Source of the DNA: Hyalangium minutum
GTDB lineage: Bacteria > Myxococcota > Myxococcia > Myxococcales > Myxococcaceae
Length of the DNA: 62,000 nt
Reading direction: 5' to 3'
Assembly (NCBI RefSeq): GCF_000737315.1
Contig: NZ_JMCB01000001.1
Span: forward strand, 20,001-82,000
This document shows positions 27,295 through 37,324 of this stretch, in pieces. The first letter of the stretch is position 1, and each line of letters starts with the position of its first letter. A program made the position numbers and the translations under genes. Below the pieces are notes generated by a model that was given only the letters and a program-made list of their open reading frames with translations, did not search any database and had not been told where the DNA came from.

Positions 27295-27554
27295 CGAATG
27301 ATGGCGGGGAACCGGTCGAAGACGTGGAAGGTGAAGCGCACGAGCTGGTGGCCGATCCACGGGCCCACCATGGCCAGCGTGACGAAGACAATGACCATCT
27401 TCGGCGCGAAGGTGAGCGTCTGCTCCTGGATCTGCGTCGTGGCCTGGAACAGGGCGATGATGAAGCCCACCAGGAGGCTGATGATGACAGGCGGCGCCGA
27501 GGCGACGAGCACCAGGAAGAGCGCCTGCTGAGTGATGACCGTCAGTTGGTGCAT
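27291..27554 (-). CDS. sctS: T3SS export apparatus SctS (FliQ/YscS)
   Basis: GFIIALFQATTQIQEQTLTFAPK. Confidence 0.95.
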   Translation of the reverse strand: MHQLTVITQQALFLVLVASAPPVIISLLVGFIIALFQATTQIQEQTLTFAPKMVIVFVTLAMVGPWIGHQLVRFTFHVFDRFPAIIR

Positions 27555-27564
27555 GGCGTTCCTC

Positions 27565-28401
27565 CTACAGGTACCCGATGACCAGGCCCTTGGCGATCAA
27601 GTACCAGCCGTCGACCAAGACGAAGAGTAAGAGCTTGAAGGGCATGGAGATGGTGGTGGGTGACAACATGTGCATGCCGAGCGCGAGCAGGATGTTGGCC
27701 ACCACCATGTCGATGACAATGAAGGGCACGAAGAGCAGGAAGCCGATCTGGAAGGCCTCCTTGAGCTCGGACACGACGAAGGCCGGGATGATGATCATGA
27801 AGTCCCGGTCGCCCACGTCCTTGCGATCCTCCTCCTTGCGCATCTTCTTGGCCAGGTGGAAGAAGAGCGCCCGGTCCTTGTCCTTGACCTTCTTGATGAG
27901 GAAGTCGCGCAGGGGCTCCTTGGCGCGATCCGCGGCGGCCAGCATGGTGCCCACGGTCTCCGAGGAGAGCAGCCCGGGCCCCTTCGCCCAGATGTCCACC
28001 TGGGCCGCCTTGTACATGTTCTGGCCGATGGGGGCCATGATGTAGACGGTGAGGATGATGGCCAGGCCGGTGATGACCTGGGTGGGCGGGATCTGCTGGG
28101 TGCCCAGCGCCGAGCGGACGATGGAGAGCACCACCGAGATCTTCACGAAGCTGGTCACCATCATCAGCACGAAGGGGACGAGCGACAGCGCCGCCAGCGC
28201 CAGGATGAGGATCAGCGGCCGCGAGGTGAATGACTCGCTGTTCGTCACCGACTGCACGGCGTTGGCGGGGAGCGGCTCCTCCGTGGCGACGGCGCTGCCC
28301 CTCTTGGCGGCGAAGGCAACAGCCGGCTGCAGGGCGACAGCGGCGGCATACAGCCAGGGAGTGGCACGGGACAGGGACTGGCGCAAGGACGAGGGTCTCA
28401 C
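27565..28401 (-). CDS. sctR: T3SS export apparatus SctR (FliP/YscR)
   Basis: TSFVKISVVL..RSALGTQQIPP; IPAFVVSELK.AFQIGF; PFKLLLFVLVDGW; probable GTG start just after fliO. Confidence 0.95.
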   Translation of the reverse strand: MRPSSLRQSLSRATPWLYAAAVALQPAVAFAAKRGSAVATEEPLPANAVQSVTNSESFTSRPLILILALAALSLVPFVLMMVTSFVKISVVLSIVRSALGTQQIPPTQVITGLAIILTVYIMAPIGQNMYKAAQVDIWAKGPGLLSSETVGTMLAAADRAKEPLRDFLIKKVKDKDRALFFHLAKKMRKEEDRKDVGDRDFMIIIPAFVVSELKEAFQIGFLLFVPFIVIDMVVANILLALGMHMLSPTTISMPFKLLLFVLVDGWYLIAKGLVIGYL

Positions 28402-28412
28402 GAGAGCAATCT

Positions 28413-29048
28413 TCAGGAGCGCGGCGGCGTGGAGCCGGTGCGGCGGGAGAGGAGCTTCTGGAGGAAGGGGCTCAAAGGCACGACGTTGGAGGGCTGGGGG
28501 CGCTCGGCCTGGATGCGATCGACCGCCTGGGTGTCGAGCTTCGACAGCAACTGGAGGCCGCCCTCGCCGCTGCCGACCAGGAGGTACTCGTCCGCGGCCT
28601 TCAGCACGAAGAGGGTGCGGCGCTGATCGAGCGGCACCCGCTCCACCACAGACACCAGCGACTGGCTCCGGCGGCCCATCGGGCCCTGCAGCCCCATCAG
28701 CTTGCGCAGGCCCACGTTGAGCGTCAGGTAGATGCTCAGCAGCACCGTGCCCAGCAGCAGCAGCGTGCGCGCGAGCACCCAACCGAGGTTCTCGGGCTCC
28801 GCACTGGCGGTGTCCTCGGCCGCGAACGGATCCGGCAAGTCACTGCCAGGAGCCGCCACGGCGGGAGCAGCCGGAGCCGGGGCGGGAACCTGGGCAGCAG
28901 GCTGCTCAGGGGCAGGCGCCGCGACGGGCGCCGCCGTGGGAGCGGGCACGGCAGCCGAAGCCTCCGCGAGGGCAAGCGGCGGCGCGAGCAAGAGGCAGGC
29001 ACAGGCCAGCAGGGACCAGCGCGGGTTCGATAGGAGGGAGGCCACCAT
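28413..29048 (-). CDS. fliO: FliO/FliZ-family export-gate assembly factor
   Basis: TM helix followed by VVERVPLDQRRTLFVLKAADEYLLVG; directly upstream of sctR. Start could be 29090. Confidence 0.75.
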   Translation of the reverse strand: MVASLLSNPRWSLLACACLLLAPPLALAEASAAVPAPTAAPVAAPAPEQPAAQVPAPAPAAPAVAAPGSDLPDPFAAEDTASAEPENLGWVLARTLLLLGTVLLSIYLTLNVGLRKLMGLQGPMGRRSQSLVSVVERVPLDQRRTLFVLKAADEYLLVGSGEGGLQLLSKLDTQAVDRIQAERPQPSNVVPLSPFLQKLLSRRTGSTPPRS

Positions 29049-29143
29049 GACTGGGAGCGAGGCTAGTCCATTCCCAGGCGAGACCGCCATGGCTCCACCG
29101 TGGATCCCCGACGCCACCCTGCTCGCCCGCCAGCCAACAGGCT

Positions 29144-30463
29144 TCACCCGGCCAGGGAGAGGACCCGGACACCCAGCTGGCCCTCGACTTCGACCAGCTC
29201 GCCCCGAGCCACCACCTTGCCATTGACGGACAGCTCCACTGGCTCGCCGGGCGAGCGGTGAAGCTCGATGACTTGTCCCACCTTCAACGCCACCACCTCG
29301 TCGGCGGTAACGGGAACCCGGGCCAGTTCCACGGCGAGCTGCAGCGGGATGTCAGCCAGCAAGTCGCCTCCCTCCGGCCTGTTCGCGTCGTCCATATTCC
29401 CTTCCGACTCCGGAGGCATCTCATTCTCCGGGTTGGTGAAAACCTCGTTGTCGTTGGCGGGGGGCAGGACGCGCTGGAAGTTCGGCTCGCCCAGGATGAA
29501 GTCCTTGACGCGCGCCTTGTACTGGCCGTCCTCGACGAAGACCTCTGCCTCCACTCGGGTGCCGCCCAGCCCCACGCGCAGCGTGGCCGTGCCTGCCTCA
29601 CCCCGGTCCGGACGGGTCGAGAGCGAGTCCAGCAGCACCACGTCCTTCACGCGGATGTACTCCAGATCGGAGCTGGCGATCTCCGCCTGGCCGATCTCCG
29701 CGCGCAGCCACGTGCGCACCGTGGACAGCAGCTTCCGGTTCATCCGGATGTCCGCGCGCAGGCGGCTGCGCTTCTCCGCGCCGCCACGCCCCTCTTCGGT
29801 GGCATTGAGCACCGCCGGAGGCATCACCACGCGCACGATGCCCGCGTGGGGCCCCACCGAGGCGTTCATCTGCACGACGACCACCAGCTCGTCATCCCCA
29901 AGCTTGGCGGCCACCTCGTCCACGCCCCGGGCGACGGACTCCAGCCGCATGCGCGGAAACGAAGCCTCCAGCGCGGGCGCCACGGCCTTGATGCCCTCGA
30001 GGACCACGAAGCTCATCACGCCTTCTTCGATGTCCGTCAGCGGCCGCAGGCCCACTGTCTCGCCCGCGCCACCCAGCAGCATGTCCACCAGGTTGTGGGC
30101 GAACGATAGCTCCACCTCCATCACCACCCGGCTCTTGAGCGCTCCGGGCGCGAGCACCGTCAGGAAGGAGGGCTCGCCCAGGTGGCGGCGCAGCTCCGCG
30201 ATGGGGCGGATCTGCATGCTCACGAGGGAGACGCGGGCCTCGGCGTCGAACAGCGCCTTGAGCCGGGCATAGAGGGGCTCAGCCGCGGTGGGAGACGGAA
30301 TGGCCCGGTGGAGGCGAGCCGTCAGCTCCGTCTGGGCGCGGTCCACGCGCTCCAGGTTGCGGAACTTGAACGGCTTCCAGGGCTTGGAGGGCTTTATCTG
30401 GCGGAGGTCCACCAGCATCGTTCGCTCGTGGATTCCGGGTTCATCATCCCGGCCAAGGCTCAT
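29144..30463 (-). CDS. sctQ: Sorting-platform/C-ring protein SctQ (FliM/FliN-like, SpoA domain)
   Basis: C-terminal LADIPLQLAVELAR..G.VIEL...VELSVNGKVVARGELVEV..LGVRV. Confidence 0.9.
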   Translation of the reverse strand: MSLGRDDEPGIHERTMLVDLRQIKPSKPWKPFKFRNLERVDRAQTELTARLHRAIPSPTAAEPLYARLKALFDAEARVSLVSMQIRPIAELRRHLGEPSFLTVLAPGALKSRVVMEVELSFAHNLVDMLLGGAGETVGLRPLTDIEEGVMSFVVLEGIKAVAPALEASFPRMRLESVARGVDEVAAKLGDDELVVVVQMNASVGPHAGIVRVVMPPAVLNATEEGRGGAEKRSRLRADIRMNRKLLSTVRTWLRAEIGQAEIASSDLEYIRVKDVVLLDSLSTRPDRGEAGTATLRVGLGGTRVEAEVFVEDGQYKARVKDFILGEPNFQRVLPPANDNEVFTNPENEMPPESEGNMDDANRPEGGDLLADIPLQLAVELARVPVTADEVVALKVGQVIELHRSPGEPVELSVNGKVVARGELVEVEGQLGVRVLSLAG

Positions 30464-31455
30464 GCCCGGGCCTCGAAGCGCAGATCTTCAAGCTTGAGGC
30501 CCCGGCCCTGCAGCGCACTCTTGAGGCCTTCGCTCTGCTCCTCGATCATCTTGAGCACGTCCCGATCGCTGCCGCTGAAGACGGCGGAGATCTTCCCGTT
30601 CTTCGCGCTGAGCTTGATGGACAAGCCGCTGAGGACGTTGCTGCGCAGGTCGATCTGGAACTCGGCCGCGCCCGCGCCGTTGGTGCCCACGCGGACCTTC
30701 TCGACGATCTTCTGGGCAATCTCGTTGGCGATGGCGCGCAGCCGGTCCGAGCCCGTGGTGGGCTTGGGCTTGGCCACCGGCACCGGAGCCATCAGCGCTG
30801 GGTTGAAGCGGAAGCCCGCCGCGGCCGCCGCATCCCCACCCTGCTTGCCGTCCTTGTTCCCACCGCCCTGCCCGCCGCCGGAGTCCGCGTCCGTCTTCAG
30901 AGCGCCCTTCTGGCCCGCGCGGCCGGCGCTGCGCAGATCCGAGGCCTGATCGTCCGCCTTGGCATCGCCCTCGGACCTCGCCTCGGAGGAGCGCGACTCG
31001 TGGAGAGACTCCGAGGACTCACGGCCGTGCTTGCGGTCCACCGCCATGGCCTGGCCCTGGGCGGTGTCGGAGGAGTGGCTCTCGGACATCTTCTCGGCCT
31101 CACCCGAGAGAGAGGACTCGACGCGCTCGTTGAGGGCCTTGGCGTCCTGGCGGCCCTGGGTCTTGCCCGTCTCCTGGCGCTGGCCGGTCTGCCGGGCGGC
31201 AGTGCCCTCCTGCTGGCTCGTCTCGGAGCCCTTGGCTTCCTTGGTGAGGCGCGCGAGCACCTGCGACCCCAGGCCCTGCTTCGTCTCCTGCTTCTGCTGG
31301 GTCTGGGCCTGCTGCGTCTGCGAGCTCTGAACCAGCTTGGAGAAGGCGTTCTCGCCCTGCCGGATCTGCTTGCTCTTGGCCTCGGCGCGCTGCTTCTCCT
31401 GCAGCAGGCGCTGGGTAATCTGGTCTGCCTGGCGATCGTCTTCGACTCGGCTCAT
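30460..31455 (-). CDS. sctP: Needle-length ruler SctP (FliK-like)
   Basis: Long Q/S/E-rich extended region; C-terminal T3S4/FliK-C fold (L.GLSIKLS..GKISAVF). Confidence 0.75.
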   Translation of the reverse strand: MSRVEDDRQADQITQRLLQEKQRAEAKSKQIRQGENAFSKLVQSSQTQQAQTQQKQETKQGLGSQVLARLTKEAKGSETSQQEGTAARQTGQRQETGKTQGRQDAKALNERVESSLSGEAEKMSESHSSDTAQGQAMAVDRKHGRESSESLHESRSSEARSEGDAKADDQASDLRSAGRAGQKGALKTDADSGGGQGGGNKDGKQGGDAAAAAGFRFNPALMAPVPVAKPKPTTGSDRLRAIANEIAQKIVEKVRVGTNGAGAAEFQIDLRSNVLSGLSIKLSAKNGKISAVFSGSDRDVLKMIEEQSEGLKSALQGRGLKLEDLRFEARA

Positions 31456-31485
31456 CGCGGGACACCTACAAAGGGAGGAGAGAGG

Positions 31486-31974
31486 TTACTTGCGCTGACG
31501 GGCCTGGAACAAGGCACTGCCGATCTCTTCCTGCGTCATCTCCTCGCGCTGCTGGCGCTCGTACTTCACCTGCTTCTTCCAGTTCTCCTTATGCTTCTCG
31601 ATGGCCTTGAGCTCCTTGGCGGCCTCCGCCATCTCCCGACGGCGCTGCTCCACCAGCTTCTCGGCCACCTTGACCGCTTCTTTTTGACGCTCGATGTCAA
31701 GCGCCACCTGCGCCTCCTCGTCCTTCAGGCGCTGCTCGAAGCGGCTCATCATGTTCATGCCGTTGATGCCGGCGCCCTTGGCCATCACCTCGTTGAGGTA
31801 GGCCATGACCTTCTGCTTGCGCTCGGCCTTGCGGCGCGCCAGGTCCTCCTCGAGGCGCTTGAGCTCCTGCTTCTCCTTCTCCAGCGCCTTGATGGCCGCG
31901 GAGAAAGCCTGTTCAGCCTCCTCCTTGGCGCGGGTGCGCATCTCCAGGAGGGTCTCTAAGCGGTACTGGGGCAT
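31486..31974 (-). CDS. sctO: Stalk protein SctO (FliJ-like)
   Basis: MPQYRLETLL; all coiled coil; directly after the ATPase. Confidence 0.8.
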   Translation of the reverse strand: MPQYRLETLLEMRTRAKEEAEQAFSAAIKALEKEKQELKRLEEDLARRKAERKQKVMAYLNEVMAKGAGINGMNMMSRFEQRLKDEEAQVALDIERQKEAVKVAEKLVEQRRREMAEAAKELKAIEKHKENWKKQVKYERQQREEMTQEEIGSALFQARQRK

Positions 31975-32009
31975 GTGGCCCCCATCCTAACCCGGAAAAA
32001 CCGGTTTCG

Positions 32010-33317
32010 TCAGTCCTGGAAGAGGCCGATGAGCTTCTCGACGGTCTCCTCGAAGGGCGAGTTCGAGTGGGTGTCCTGCTTGAGGAAGTCGATGATCGCG
32101 TCGTACTTGTCGATGGCGTAGTCCGTCCGGGGGTCCGTGCCGTACTGGTAGGCGCCCAGGAGGATGAGGTCGCGCTGCTTCTCGTAGGTCGCGAGCGTCT
32201 CGCGCAGCTTGCCGGCCGCCTTCTTGTGATCCTTGGAGACGATGCCGCTCATCACACGGGAGAGGCTGGCCAGCACGTCCATGGCGGGCCACTGGTTGCG
32301 CTCGCCCAGGGCACGGTTGAGGATGAAGTGGCCGTCGAGAATACCGCGGACTTCGTCGGCGATGGGCTCTTCCATGTCACCGCCGGCCACGAGGCAGGTG
32401 TAGATGGCAGTGCACTTGCCCTTGTCCGAGTTCCCCGTGCGCTCGAGGATGCGCGGCAGCATGGAGAACACGCTGGGCGGGTAGCCCTGGCGGGCCGGGG
32501 GCTCGCCGATGGCCAGGCCGATCTCACGCTGGGCACGGGCGAGACGCGTCACCGTGTCGAGCATGAAGAGCACGTTGCCGCCGCGCTCTCGGAAGTACTC
32601 GGCGATGGCCGTGGCCACGTAGGCGGCGCGCAGACGCACCAGGCTGGGTTGGTCGGAGGTGGCGCACACCAGCACGGCGCGCTTCATGCCCTCCTCGCCC
32701 ATGGCGTCCTCGATGAACTCGCGGACCTCGCGGCCACGCTCGCCGATCAGCGCCACGACGCTCAGGTCCGCTTGGGTGTTTCGGGCGATCTGGCCCATCA
32801 GCGTGGACTTACCGACGCCGGAACCGGCGAAGAGGCCCACGCGCTGGCCCTCGCCCACCGTGAGCAGCCCGTCAATGCAGCGCACGCCCAAAGGCAGCGG
32901 CCGTTCAATTCTCTGGCGCTTGAACGGGTCCGGGCAGTCCCGGTCCACGCTCCAGTCAATCATGCCGTCCGGCATCGGCTTGCCGTCGATGGGCTCGCCG
33001 GTGCCGCCGAGCACGCGGCCCAGCAGTTGATCGCCGCACTTGATGGTGAGCGGCTTGCCGGTGGGAATCACCTCGCTGTCCGGGCCGATGCCCGACAGCT
33101 CGCCCAGGGGCATGAGCATCACCTCGTCGCCCTGGAAGCCCACCACCTCGGCCTTCACCTTGTTGGTGCGGGCCTTGATGTAGACGACCTCGCCCACGCG
33201 GACGTTGGGCACGCTGGCCTTGATGACCAGGCCCGTCAGCTCCGTCACGCGGCCTCGCACGCGGATGAGCGAGGCCTCCTTCAGCAGGGAGTAGTAGTGC
33301 GAGAGGTCGATCGCCAT
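32010..33317 (-). CDS. sctN: T3SS ATPase SctN (FliI/YscN)
   Basis: GLFAGSGVGKSTL Walker A; LIGERGREVREF; DEVRGILDGH. Confidence 0.97.
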   Translation of the reverse strand: MAIDLSHYYSLLKEASLIRVRGRVTELTGLVIKASVPNVRVGEVVYIKARTNKVKAEVVGFQGDEVMLMPLGELSGIGPDSEVIPTGKPLTIKCGDQLLGRVLGGTGEPIDGKPMPDGMIDWSVDRDCPDPFKRQRIERPLPLGVRCIDGLLTVGEGQRVGLFAGSGVGKSTLMGQIARNTQADLSVVALIGERGREVREFIEDAMGEEGMKRAVLVCATSDQPSLVRLRAAYVATAIAEYFRERGGNVLFMLDTVTRLARAQREIGLAIGEPPARQGYPPSVFSMLPRILERTGNSDKGKCTAIYTCLVAGGDMEEPIADEVRGILDGHFILNRALGERNQWPAMDVLASLSRVMSGIVSKDHKKAAGKLRETLATYEKQRDLILLGAYQYGTDPRTDYAIDKYDAIIDFLKQDTHSNSPFEETVEKLIGLFQD

Positions 33318-33321
33318 GGGG

Positions 33322-33999
33322 TTACGCCGGTCCTTCCTTCTTCCCGTTGGGATCGGGCAGCAGCACGTTCTGCAGCATCTCGAACTGCGTGGGCAGCTGC
33401 GCGTCGATGGTGCCGAACTCCGTCTGGACAATGCAGCCCACCGGGGCCACGTCCTGGTCCTCCCGGATGGCCAGGTCCACCGCCCGGCCAATGAGCTCCA
33501 TCAGCTCCGGCTTGCGGGAGCGCAGCACCTGCGCCGTTTTCGGGTGCACCCGCAGGATCATCGAGCGCGCGCTGCGGATCTGCTCGATGGCGGTGGCGCA
33601 CATCTCCATCATCAGCTCGGGCTGCCGCTCGATGTCCCGGCCGATGATCTTCTCGGCAATCTTGCACGCCAGGGCGATGACGTCCTTCTCGTTGCCAGCC
33701 AGCATCTCCCCGGCCTGCATCTTGGCGCGCAGCAGCACCTCGGAGGCCTGGGCAAGCCCCTCCTGGCGGCCCTGCTCGCGGGCCTTGGCGAGCACCTCCT
33801 CACGCTCGCGCTGGGCCTCCGCGAGGATGCGCTCCTTCTCCTTGTTCGCCTCCTCGATAATCCCCTGGGCGGACTGGCGCGCATCGAAGATCTCGGCGTT
33901 CATCACGCCAGCGCGCGTGGGACGCGGTGCCATGGGGCGCTCGGCGGCACCCGCAAGCTCCCCAGACCCGTCACCTTTGATCACCTTGCCGATCGCCAT
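33322..33999 (-). CDS. sctL: Stator SctL (FliH/YscL)
   Basis: A..IIEEA..E....G..EG repeats; GC.V.TEFG.IDA. Confidence 0.9.
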   Translation of the reverse strand: MAIGKVIKGDGSGELAGAAERPMAPRPTRAGVMNAEIFDARQSAQGIIEEANKEKERILAEAQREREEVLAKAREQGRQEGLAQASEVLLRAKMQAGEMLAGNEKDVIALACKIAEKIIGRDIERQPELMMEMCATAIEQIRSARSMILRVHPKTAQVLRSRKPELMELIGRAVDLAIREDQDVAPVGCIVQTEFGTIDAQLPTQFEMLQNVLLPDPNGKKEGPA

Positions 34000-34023
34000 G
34001 GACAGCTCCTTGACGGCTGGATG

Positions 34024-35784
34024 CTAGCGCGATCCCCCGCGAGGTCCACGCCCCGAGTTGCCCCCAGAAGGGGGCCGGGTGGGCCGCTGGCCGCCTGCTC
34101 CCCCGCCGCGTGAGGCCAGGGACGGCCGGGCTGCCGTCTTTCCCGAGAGGACCCGGGGCGGACGCTCCGGTTCGTTTGTAAGTGAACTGCTCACCCCCGT
34201 CCCTCGGCTGCGGACACCCGGCGAGGAAATGACGCGAGAGCCATCCGGGTCCATGGGGGCCGGCGGCCGGTCGGCCATGCGCGGAGGAACGCGAGCGGGA
34301 GGCACTCCGCGCGGATCCCCTTCACGCGGCCGGGAGGGCGCACCCGCCTCGGGCGGAGGCCGGCGAGAGCCCGCACGGGAGTTCTCGACCTCAGGAGGAG
34401 GCTGACGGGAGCCGACGCGAGAGGCCTCTCTTGAGGGCGGAGGGCCCACCCGGGCGCCCCCGGGCTCCGGCGGCACGCCCTGTGAGTCTTTCCGCGGCCC
34501 CACGCGCGCGTTGCGCGAGAGCGCGGGTGGATCGTCGTCGATGGGAGGACCGATGCGAGAGGGCTCGCGCGAGGAGAGCGCTCCGGCTCGGCGAGCAGCG
34601 CGCTCGGCCATGGGATCCCGGCGGACGCTGCTGTCCCCGGAGTTGGCGCCTCCCGTGGGCCCCGCGAATCCCGCGCGCCGGGCCTCGCGCTCGGCCATGG
34701 CATCCCGGCGGGGCGCAGGCGGCGGCTGGACGACGTTGGAGCGCTCCTGGCCTCCAGGGGGCGGACGCGCGGGAGGTGGCTCGCGGCTGGGAGGCGCGCC
34801 ACGCATGGGTGGCGGGTTGAGCGCCGGACGCTGCGGGGTGAGCCGCACAGGGCGCTCGATGAGGCCTCGGGCGGCCAGCCGCTCCAGATCCGCGACGATG
34901 TCGGCACGGCCGCCGTCCGTCACACGAGAGGCGGGCTTGGAGCGCTCGTCGCGAACCCACTTGGCCAGCAGGCTCCCGAAGTCCCCGCGGTGGCGCTCGA
35001 GCATGCGCGCGGCGAACTCCGCGGACTGAGACACACACGCACGAGCCAGGCGCTGGGTGCCCGCGCTGCGGATGGCGCCCGCCAGATTCTTCAGCCCGTC
35101 ATGGACGGCGAGCTGCTCCTTGGCCTCCTCTGAAGGCAGCTTACGTGGGGCGTTGGCCTGGACGGCCTTGGAGGCCAGGGACTTCATGTCCGGCGGAAGG
35201 GCGGCGATGAGCCCCTCGCGCTGCGCATCCTCGAGCCCGGCCATCGCCGGCCCCAGCACGCGCGCGCCGAGCCGATCACACACGGTGAGCAGCTCACGCG
35301 GCTGCAGCATGAGCACATCGGTGAACTTGAAGGCGGCCTGGGAGCCGGAGCTGTGCTTGAGCCGCTCCTCGAGCTTCCAGCGGATGATGTCCAGCACCTG
35401 CGGACGCACCTCGCGGGAGAGCTTCACTGGGCGCTGCGGCAGGTGGGCACGCACGGCCTCGGCCAGCACGGAGGGCAAGGCCCGGAGCACCACCTCGGCC
35501 AGCGCGCCGCGCTCCTTCTGGATGAGGGCAGCCAGCTTCTCCGGCTCGGCGTTCCAGAGCTGGCCGCGCCGGTCCTTCACCAGCTTCTTGATCTCCTGCA
35601 CGAGAAACGGAATCCGCTTCTCACGCGGGATGTGCATGATCTCCTGCGCGCGGTGGAGCAACAGCTCCCCGTCCTCCGGCGCGAGGTGCTCGAGCGCGGC
35701 GACGCCCTCCTGACCGCCGAAGGTGATGGCGGTCAGCAGCAGCATCGTCTGGCGCTTGTTGAGCGAGGTGAAGAATTGATCCAA
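34024..35784 (-). CDS. SctK-position protein: helical N-terminal domain and long Pro/Arg-rich tail
   Basis: Lies between sctJ and sctL; about 310-aa helical region then low-complexity repeats. Confidence 0.6.
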   Translation of the reverse strand: MDQFFTSLNKRQTMLLLTAITFGGQEGVAALEHLAPEDGELLLHRAQEIMHIPREKRIPFLVQEIKKLVKDRRGQLWNAEPEKLAALIQKERGALAEVVLRALPSVLAEAVRAHLPQRPVKLSREVRPQVLDIIRWKLEERLKHSSGSQAAFKFTDVLMLQPRELLTVCDRLGARVLGPAMAGLEDAQREGLIAALPPDMKSLASKAVQANAPRKLPSEEAKEQLAVHDGLKNLAGAIRSAGTQRLARACVSQSAEFAARMLERHRGDFGSLLAKWVRDERSKPASRVTDGGRADIVADLERLAARGLIERPVRLTPQRPALNPPPMRGAPPSREPPPARPPPGGQERSNVVQPPPAPRRDAMAEREARRAGFAGPTGGANSGDSSVRRDPMAERAARRAGALSSREPSRIGPPIDDDPPALSRNARVGPRKDSQGVPPEPGGARVGPPPSREASRVGSRQPPPEVENSRAGSRRPPPEAGAPSRPREGDPRGVPPARVPPRMADRPPAPMDPDGSRVISSPGVRSRGTGVSSSLTNEPERPPRVLSGKTAARPSLASRGGGAGGQRPTRPPSGGNSGRGPRGGSR

Positions 35785-35857
35785 ACCGGTTCACCTCGAG
35801 GGACGCAGGTCCCGGGGTTCGAAGCAGAGAGCCTCAGAGCCTAACGCTGCCCGCGCC

Positions 35858-36643
35858 TCAGCGGCGGGCCGGACGCGCGTCGCCCGAGCCTCCGCGCATG
35901 AGTACCCAGGCCGAGAGGCCAATCATGGCCAGGACGAAGATGGAGACAATGCCCACGAGCACGCGGAACTGGCCAGCGCTGGCCGCCGTCATGCGCAGGC
36001 CGAACACGTCCTGCAGCCGGCTCTCCGGGTTGGTCTCCGCCGAGGGAGGCAGGCCCGGGGTGAGCAGCACCGTCACGCGGTCCGGCTTGAGCTCCTGCAC
36101 CGCGGAGCTGACGAAGGTCTGCACATCCTTCTCCGTCACCGGCGGCTTGCCCTCGAGGCTTGGGCGGTAGCGGATCATCACCGAGGCCGACGGCATCGGC
36201 TTGTTCTCCGGCTGCGTCAGGTCATTCGTCTCCGGGATGTTGACGATGACGTTGGACTCCAGCACGCCGTCGACCTTGTTCAGGGCGTTGGAGATCTCGC
36301 CAGCAATGGCCTTGAGCATCATCGCGCGCTCTTCTGCGGCGGTGGGCACCATGCTGCCCTTGGCGAAGTGGTTGAAGCCCTTCTCCATGGGGCGCGGCAG
36401 CGAGTTGGCGCGCAGCAGCTCCGCGGCCTGAGCGGCGTCGGACTTCGGCACCTGGATGGTGAAGCGCATGTCCGTGCCTTCACCCGCCGCGACCTTGGTG
36501 GCGTTGATGCCGTTCTTGCTGAGCAGAACGTAGATCTCGTTGGCGTCCTCTTCCGTGAGGCCGTGCTGCAGTTCAATGGAGCAGCCCGTCACGAGGAGCA
36601 GGGCCAACAAGGGAAGGAGGCGGGTGGACGATCGATGAGTCAT
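35858..36643 (-). CDS. sctJ: Inner-membrane ring lipoprotein SctJ (YscJ/PrgK)
   Basis: Lipobox VTGC; L..GL.E.DANEI..LL...GI; GMVPT..EER; C-terminal TM. Confidence 0.95.
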   Translation of the reverse strand: MTHRSSTRLLPLLALLLVTGCSIELQHGLTEEDANEIYVLLSKNGINATKVAAGEGTDMRFTIQVPKSDAAQAAELLRANSLPRPMEKGFNHFAKGSMVPTAAEERAMMLKAIAGEISNALNKVDGVLESNVIVNIPETNDLTQPENKPMPSASVMIRYRPSLEGKPPVTEKDVQTFVSSAVQELKPDRVTVLLTPGLPPSAETNPESRLQDVFGLRMTAASAGQFRVLVGIVSIFVLAMIGLSAWVLMRGGSGDARPARR

Positions 36644-36704
36644 GTGCGGGGCCTAGCTTAGCGGCGCGGCCTTGCCGTTCCAACATGGGGTCCGGAAAAC
36701 GTGG

Positions 36705-36739
36705 AAGGGCGATCCCCCCACTAAAGAGGGATCGCCCTT
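36705..36739 (-). terminator. Hairpin/terminator between sctI and sctJ
   Basis: aagggcgatccc..gggatcgccctt inverted repeat. Confidence 0.65.
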
Positions 36740-36772
36740 GGAAGCGCTGCCCGGATGAGGGGCAGGCAGCCT

Positions 36773-37324
36773 TTACACCTGGGTCTTGACCACGTCCTTG
36801 AGGCCGCTGGTGGCCTTCTCGACGACCTTCGACGTGAGGTCCAGCTCCTGGGTGTACTTGTACATGGAGGCCTGGAGCGAGAGCAGCTCCGAGTTGGAGA
36901 AGTTCTTCCCGCTCATGCCGGAGTTGATGAGCTTCTCCAGGTTCATCTGGCCCTTCTCCAGCGAGGAGACGACGCTGGAGACCATGGTGTTGGCCTTGCT
37001 CGTCTGCGCCTTCGCGTCCACCGGCTCCGCGGCCTTGGCGGTCAGCTGCTGGCTGTTGGCGCCGTTGACCTTGTTGAGGCCTGCCTTCTCCGTCTTGTTG
37101 ACGTCGTCGACCTTACGCGACGCGTCGACCTGCTGGGCCTTCTGCGTCTGCTGGACCGACTGCGCCTGCTGCACGCCCTGGGCCTGGTCAACGCCCTGAG
37201 ACTTGTTAGCGAGAACCCCGTCGAACTTCGAGGCTCCCTGCTTGTTCACCTGCTGCGCGCCCTGATCCTGCAGCTTCTGCTGCGCGATCTGTGCGGCCGA
37301 GATGCCTGCTGTCGGACCCGCCAT
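36773..37324 (-). CDS. sctI: Inner rod / needle adaptor SctI (YscI/HrpB2-like)
   Basis: C-terminal ELLSLQASMYKYTQELDLTSKVVEKATSGLK..VKTQV; AAGGAGG RBS; upstream of sctJ. Confidence 0.85.
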   Translation of the reverse strand: MAGPTAGISAAQIAQQKLQDQGAQQVNKQGASKFDGVLANKSQGVDQAQGVQQAQSVQQTQKAQQVDASRKVDDVNKTEKAGLNKVNGANSQQLTAKAAEPVDAKAQTSKANTMVSSVVSSLEKGQMNLEKLINSGMSGKNFSNSELLSLQASMYKYTQELDLTSKVVEKATSGLKDVVKTQV

